Source: an uncultured Gammaproteobacteria bacterium (GTDB lineage: Bacteria; Patescibacteriota; Patescibacteriia; UBA11705; DATKZF01). Taken from it: a stretch of DNA of 64,000 nt. Under the pieces are notes generated by a model. That model worked only from the letters and a program-made list of their open reading frames with translations, searched no databases and had not been told where the DNA came from. Where the stretch lies: the NCBI GenBank assembly GCA_964411255.1, contig CAYPKD010000007.1, positions 13,344 through 77,343 on the forward strand, read 5' to 3'. Both the position numbers and the translations under genes were made by a program. This document shows, one piece after another, positions 59,122 through 64,000 of this stretch (its first letter is position 1; the number at the start of each line of letters is the position of its first letter).

Positions 59122-59520
59122 GTGAAAATGGCTATTTTTGTAGGAAAGGTTAGTAAAAGATCCTTAAAATGGATGAAACTGAATCCAGATACATCAAAAT
59201 TTTTAAGAAAATATACAGAAGAAGATCATAATATTAGCAAACAAGGATATTTTTTCCTTATATCTTTACTGGCTAATATTCTGCCAGATGACAGCTTTGT
59301 ACAAGCACTTGAAAAGCACTCAATGGTGCGTGCATATAGAAATGATCAATTGTCGCTCGATCAGGCATTCGATCATTTAAAAAGAACTTTTACGCATATC
59401 AAGCAAGCGTTTGATATTCTGCAGCAAAAGCTAGAACACTTCACAGATCTGGAAGAAAAAATCTATCTGCAAGAGCTTTTCAAGCTTCTTACACTTGTCA
59501 GCCATGCTGACAGACTATAA
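59122..59520 (+). CDS. hypothetical protein
   Basis: TTGACA-17-TACAAT promoter, AGGAGG RBS, terminator. Confidence 0.6.
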   Translation: MKMAIFVGKVSKRSLKWMKLNPDTSKFLRKYTEEDHNISKQGYFFLISLLANILPDDSFVQALEKHSMVRAYRNDQLSLDQAFDHLKRTFTHIKQAFDILQQKLEHFTDLEEKIYLQELFKLLTLVSHADRL

Positions 59521-59563
59521 AAGAGAGTCACACTAACTCTCTTTTTTTAATTCTTTAAAAATA

Positions 59564-60982
59564 TTAAGCAGCCAAACTGACAGTTAAAGCGCATTCTGCA
59601 ATATCATCAGGCTTTACCAATCTTTTATCTACCAAATTTTTATTATTAAAATCTCTTTGTAAATTTTGAGTTACTTTTCCTAAATTTTTAACATTACCAT
59701 TAAGTTCTTTTTCAAGCTGCTTTTCAGTTCTATTATCAGAAACAGAATCTGAAAAAACTAAAAGAGTGTCTCCTGGATCCATTTCCATCCACTTTATATC
59801 TACCTGATTTGGATCCAAATTTTGTTGACCCAAAGAACGTGTAATCCGATTACTCATTGCTACATATACTCCCAATATATTATCACGAGTCAATCCCTCA
59901 TATTTTTTTTCCAAACCAAGCTTTATTGCTTCAGTTGGAGAGTGAACGTCCAATAAACTTTCCATGATTTGAACAAATTCTTTTTCTCCTGCCTTATTTC
60001 TTATAATCTTAATTTCTTTATTTTTTACGGCCATATCCATAGCAGCTCTTGGTAAAATTTTATCTCTTTTTTCCTTTGGCATCACAGCCAATTCTGATAT
60101 CAAATTGTGGTCTTCATTCATTTGCTTTATTTTTTTATCTTTATCCATTAAATAAATCGGGCTGTCGCCAATAGAGGCCACGGCTACCTGCATCTTACCT
60201 TCTTTGGTGCCAACAACCTGGGCAAAAGCCATAGTAGTGCCAGAACGCGGTGCTTTTATATAAACCAGTTTACTTGCCTTTTTTGCCTGACTCTTTAATT
60301 TTTTCTCATATTCTCTTTTATATTGTTCAAAATCCTGCTCTGAATCAAAATGCTGGAACTTTTCTTCTTTAAATCCTTCATAAAAAGTTTTTGCTGCATG
60401 CCTGCTTGCTTTTTCACCATTTTCTGCTCCACCTGCTCCGTCAAATACAGCGATCATTCTGGATTCAGAATCAACTAAAGCGCAATCCTGATTTAGTGGA
60501 TGCTTCTCATCTGGAATTTTCTCTTGAGTATATGCTAAATAATCTAATTGAAAAACATTTTGATCATCAGCTGCGACAAAACTTTGCTCAGCAACAACTT
60601 TTCTTTCTGGCACGAATTTTTCACAATTAAAGTCTCTATTAAATTCTTCATGAGCATTCCTTCGTGATTCTACATGCTTTTGATAATCTCGCCTGACCTT
60701 ATCTTGAATCATCTGTTCTTGCATTTCTTTTGTAATCGGCGGCGGTTCAATTTTTTTACCTGCTTCCTTTGGTAATGGAGGCGGTTCAACCACTTCTAAA
60801 ATAGTTTCAATATCTTCTGGTTGAATTTCCATTTCTTCTGTAAATGCCTCTTCAGCCTGCTTGGGCATTTTTGGTTTTGAAATTTTTGGCTGTGAAATCT
60901 GTGCCAAACTTTTTGTCTTTTTTTTCTTTGCTGCTGATTTTTCATCACCTGCTGGAACAGGTGTTGCTGTTTCAAAAGCCAT
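59564..60982 (-). CDS. PP2C-family Ser/Thr phosphatase with a disordered N-terminus
   Basis: NQD, VFDGAGG, GTT, IGDS, FSDSVSD, DD motifs. Confidence 0.85.
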   Translation of the reverse strand: MAFETATPVPAGDEKSAAKKKKTKSLAQISQPKISKPKMPKQAEEAFTEEMEIQPEDIETILEVVEPPPLPKEAGKKIEPPPITKEMQEQMIQDKVRRDYQKHVESRRNAHEEFNRDFNCEKFVPERKVVAEQSFVAADDQNVFQLDYLAYTQEKIPDEKHPLNQDCALVDSESRMIAVFDGAGGAENGEKASRHAAKTFYEGFKEEKFQHFDSEQDFEQYKREYEKKLKSQAKKASKLVYIKAPRSGTTMAFAQVVGTKEGKMQVAVASIGDSPIYLMDKDKKIKQMNEDHNLISELAVMPKEKRDKILPRAAMDMAVKNKEIKIIRNKAGEKEFVQIMESLLDVHSPTEAIKLGLEKKYEGLTRDNILGVYVAMSNRITRSLGQQNLDPNQVDIKWMEMDPGDTLLVFSDSVSDNRTEKQLEKELNGNVKNLGKVTQNLQRDFNNKNLVDKRLVKPDDIAECALTVSLAA

Positions 60983-60994
60983 ATAATAGTAATT

Positions 60995-61161
60995 TAGGAA
61001 TCTTTGAAAAACATAGTTGCGTTATGAAATTTTCAAATTTAAAGCGAAAATTGTGAAAAGCGAGGAGGCTTAATAAATAAAATTAAGCAGACGAGTTTTA
61101 AACAATTTGCAGCTGAAATTTGGGAATTGTAGTAGTAATTATGTTTTTCAGAGGTTCCCTA
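60995..61161. mobile_element. MITE-like long imperfect palindrome
   Basis: Termini TAGGAATCTTTGAAAAACATA / TATGTTTTTCAGAGGTTCCCTA; internal arms also pair. Confidence 0.6.
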
Positions 61162-61234
61162 TGAATATCTTGTGTAATTATAGCAAAAATCTAGGAAAAA
61201 ATCAAGTTTTTGCACTTTATTTTTTTATCAATAA

Positions 61235-61780
61235 ATGCTAAAATCAAACTTAGAATATGACAAAAATAATCTTGTATTTATGAAAAGAATGTTATTGAGC
61301 AAGGAAGAATCAAATAAATACATCAAAGAGCGCAAACAATCACCTTGCTTCATTTGTGAGATAGTAAAGGGAAAGCCTCTCAGAAATAAACATTATATTA
61401 TATTTGAAAATGAAAAAGTAATTGTTTTCTTATCAGCTTTCCCCACTCACTTAGGACAAACTCTTGTTTGCCCAAAGCAACATGTTGAGCAAGTTGCCAA
61501 AGAATTAAATCAAGAAGAATACCTGAATTTACAAAAAATAATTTTCAAGGTAAGCAAAGCGATTCAAGCTGTTCTAAAACCAGAACGTCTTTACATTGCA
61601 TCCTTTGGCAGCCAGCAAATGAATAAACATGTTCATTTTCATATTGTTCCATTGCCAAAGGGCATACCAATTGACAAGCAACAAATGGCTGCAATGATGT
61701 TTGAAGAGGTAGGACTCTTAGAATTAACGAATGATGAATGGCAATCTTTGGCAAATAAAATTCGCAGTCAATTACAATAA
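61235..61780 (+). CDS. HIT family hydrolase
   Basis: CFIC, G.TLV.PKQH, HVHFH; start may be ATG 61280. Confidence 0.88.
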   Translation: MLKSNLEYDKNNLVFMKRMLLSKEESNKYIKERKQSPCFICEIVKGKPLRNKHYIIFENEKVIVFLSAFPTHLGQTLVCPKQHVEQVAKELNQEEYLNLQKIIFKVSKAIQAVLKPERLYIASFGSQQMNKHVHFHIVPLPKGIPIDKQQMAAMMFEEVGLLELTNDEWQSLANKIRSQLQ

Positions 61781-61798
61781 TGCATATAGAATCATTTT

Positions 61799-62197
61799 AT
61801 GCTAGCATTTTTTCATCAATTATTTGAAAATTTCAAAAACAGCCCGGCCAGAAAAAATAAAATTATTTTGATTTGTTTGATAATCAGTATAATTGTGAAT
61901 CTGGGAATCTGGGCGCTTTTAATTTTTAAATTCAGACCGGTTGCTTTGGCAAATCCGGAGAACACCAGCCTGCCTCTTCATTATAATATTTACTGGGGCA
62001 TTGATCTTTTTGGCCAATGGTATCAAAGCCTTATACTGCCAATTCTAGGGCTGGCAATTTTGGTTATCAATTTCATACTGGCAATATTTTTATATAGTCA
62101 AAAAATAATGGCCAGTTATTTTTTTACAATCTCATCTGTTTTTGTTCAATTATTTTTATTAATCGCCTCAATATTAATCATTTTAATAAACATTTAA
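61799..62197 (+). CDS. membrane protein (DUF1648-like)
   Basis: LPLHYNIYWGID motif, 3 TM. Confidence 0.7.
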   Translation: MLAFFHQLFENFKNSPARKNKIILICLIISIIVNLGIWALLIFKFRPVALANPENTSLPLHYNIYWGIDLFGQWYQSLILPILGLAILVINFILAIFLYSQKIMASYFFTISSVFVQLFLLIASILIILINI

Positions 62198-62198
62198 T

Positions 62199-63248
62199 AT
62201 GGAAACAGCCATTGTATTTAAAATTGCCGTACTTTCAACTTTATCATTTGTCTTTGCAATATTGTGGACCCCTCTTTTGACTCATTTTTTATACAAATTC
62301 AAACTGGGTAAACAAATTCGGGACAGCAAAGAAACTCCGGTTTTTTCAAAACTTCACAAAGATAAAGCTGGAACACCAACAATGGGAGGAATTTTAATCT
62401 GGTTAACTGTACTGATTATTGCCCTTGTTTTTTATTTACTCGGCACTTTTACAAACATTGAAATTTTTCAAAAATTAAATTTCTTGACCCGGGCACAGAC
62501 GCTTTTACCGCTGGGTGCATTGGTTGCCAGCGCTTTAATCGGTTTAGTCGATGATTTTTTAAATGTAAAAAAGATTGGCCCGCATGGCGGAGGGTTAAGC
62601 ATGAGCATGAGACTGGGAGTTTATGCTGTAATTGCCCTAATCGGTGCCTTTTGGTTTTATTTTAAACTTGACTGGGATGTATTTCACATTCCGTTCTTAG
62701 GCAACTTTGTTATTGGCTGGTGGTATATACCGGTATTTGTGTTTGTAATCGTTGCCACCTCGCATTCAATTAATGTTACAGACGGCCTTGACGGATTAGC
62801 TGGCGGAATTCTAGCAATTGCTTTTGGCGCTTTCGGAGCGATTGCATTTACCCAGGGGAAATTTGAGCTGGCCACTTTTTGCGGAGTAATCGCTGGAGCA
62901 TTGCTGGCATTTTTATGGTTTAATATAAATCCAGCCAGATTTTTTATGGGTGATACTGGAGCAATGTCGCTTGGCATTACTTTAGGTATTGTTGCCATGT
63001 TAACAAATACAGCTATATTTTTAATAATTATTTGCTTAATTCCAGTAATTGAATCTTTATCAGTTATTATTCAGGTGCTTTCCAAAAAAATCAGAAAGAA
63101 AAAAGTATTTAAATCAGCGCCAATCCATCATCATTTCCAAGCAGTTGGCTGGTCTGAGCCAAAAATTGTGATGAGATTCTGGCTAATTTCTGGAGTAACT
63201 GCTGTGATTGGAATTATTCTCGCTTTATTAGATAAAGGATGGTATTAA
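62199..63248 (+). CDS. mraY: phospho-N-acetylmuramoyl-pentapeptide transferase
   Basis: KAGTPTMGG, DD, N.TDGLDGL, FMGDTG, APIHHHF. Confidence 0.96.
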   Translation: METAIVFKIAVLSTLSFVFAILWTPLLTHFLYKFKLGKQIRDSKETPVFSKLHKDKAGTPTMGGILIWLTVLIIALVFYLLGTFTNIEIFQKLNFLTRAQTLLPLGALVASALIGLVDDFLNVKKIGPHGGGLSMSMRLGVYAVIALIGAFWFYFKLDWDVFHIPFLGNFVIGWWYIPVFVFVIVATSHSINVTDGLDGLAGGILAIAFGAFGAIAFTQGKFELATFCGVIAGALLAFLWFNINPARFFMGDTGAMSLGITLGIVAMLTNTAIFLIIICLIPVIESLSVIIQVLSKKIRKKKVFKSAPIHHHFQAVGWSEPKIVMRFWLISGVTAVIGIILALLDKGWY

Positions 63249-63265
63249 TTTCTAATTTTAATAAT

Positions 63266-64000
63266 ATGAAATTCCCAGACTTTAAAAATAAAAAAGTAAC
63301 CATAATGGGACTGGGGCTTTTGGGCCGCGGTCTTAATGATACTAAATTTTTTGTAGAAAAAGGAGCAGAAGTCACAGTTACTGATTTAAAAACAAAAAAA
63401 GAGCTTGCCTCTTCACTTAAAGAGCTTAAAGGCATGCCAATCAAGTACACGCTGGGCAAACATGATAAAAAAGATTTTGAAAATGCGGATTTAATTATTA
63501 GAAATGCAGACGTGCCAGCCAGTTCTGAATTTTTAAAAATCGCCCATGATGCTAAAATAGAAGTAGAAATGGATGAATCTTTATTTGCCCGCTATTGTCC
63601 TTGCCCGATCATTGGCATTACTGGAACGCGCGGAAAAACTACGACGGCAACTTTAATTGCTGAAATTTTAAAACTAACTGGCAAAAAAGTATATTTGGCA
63701 GGGAATATTGCAGGAAAAGCAACTCTGCCTTTAATTGATAAGGTGACCAAAGACGATTTAATAGTTTTAGAATTATCCAGCTGGCAGCTTCAGGGATTTG
63801 GCGCTGATAAAATCAGCCCGCACATTGCAGTAGTGACAAACATTTACCCAGATCATCTCAATCGATACAAAAACATGGAAGAATATATTGAAGACAAAAA
63901 AAATATTTATAAATTTCAAAAAAAATCAGATTATTTAATTTTAAATAATACAAATGCAGAAACAAAAAAAATGAACCAGCAAGCAGACTCAAAAATCTTG
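63266..64000 (+). CDS. murD: UDP-N-acetylmuramoyl-L-Ala--D-Glu ligase, 3'-truncated by the window edge
   Basis: Read by hand from ATG 63266: MGLGLLGRG, VTVTD, GITGTRGKTTT, GNI, LELSSWQL, NIYPDHLNRY. Confidence 0.93.
   Translation, partial: MKFPDFKNKKVTIMGLGLLGRGLNDTKFFVEKGAEVTVTDLKTKKELASSLKELKGMPIKYTLGKHDKKDFENADLIIRNADVPASSEFLKIAHDAKIEVEMDESLFARYCPCPIIGITGTRGKTTTATLIAEILKLTGKKVYLAGNIAGKATLPLIDKVTKDDLIVLELSSWQLQGFGADKISPHIAVVTNIYPDHLNRYKNMEEYIEDKKNIYKFQKKSDYLILNNTNAETKKMNQQADSKIL

Noticed and set aside
1-64000. Alternative genetic code (UGA=Gly)
   Set aside because: Conserved genes are full-length under code 11 and TGA terminates ORFs (e.g. at 5587)

Overview
AT-rich bacterial chromosome segment using the standard genetic code (TGA is used as a stop). 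Gene content and layout suggest a Patescibacteria/CPR genome of the Parcubacteria/ABY1 type; this is an inference. Core genes include smpB+tmRNA, infC-rpmI-rplT, tRNA-Asp, lgt, murF, rpmE-prfA-prmC, rplY, rodA, gyrB, lysS, secE-nusG-rplK-rplA, gatB, miaB-miaA and mraY-murD. They are interspersed with many solitary accessory genes that carry their own sigma70 promoter, AGGAGG RBS and terminator. Most notable observations: (1) an intact tRNA-Asp nested inside the anticodon loop of a second, interrupted tRNA-Asp; (2) a family of tiny hairpin insertions with a CYTG foot, with empty/filled-site evidence inside the window, including one in-frame coding insertion; (3) a tandem array of four mini-cassettes, each with a promoter, a conserved leader hairpin, a small ORF ending in -AA and a related terminator; (4) a promoter-driven, highly structured ~230-nt non-coding region upstream of smpB; (5) a twice-repeated double-hairpin motif between small ORFs; (6) a dCMP deaminase-ThyX fusion heading a thymidylate supply cluster, plus a PyrB-PyrI fusion. 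No transposase, integrase or CRISPR array was recognised. All calls come from reading the sequence by eye; no searches were run.
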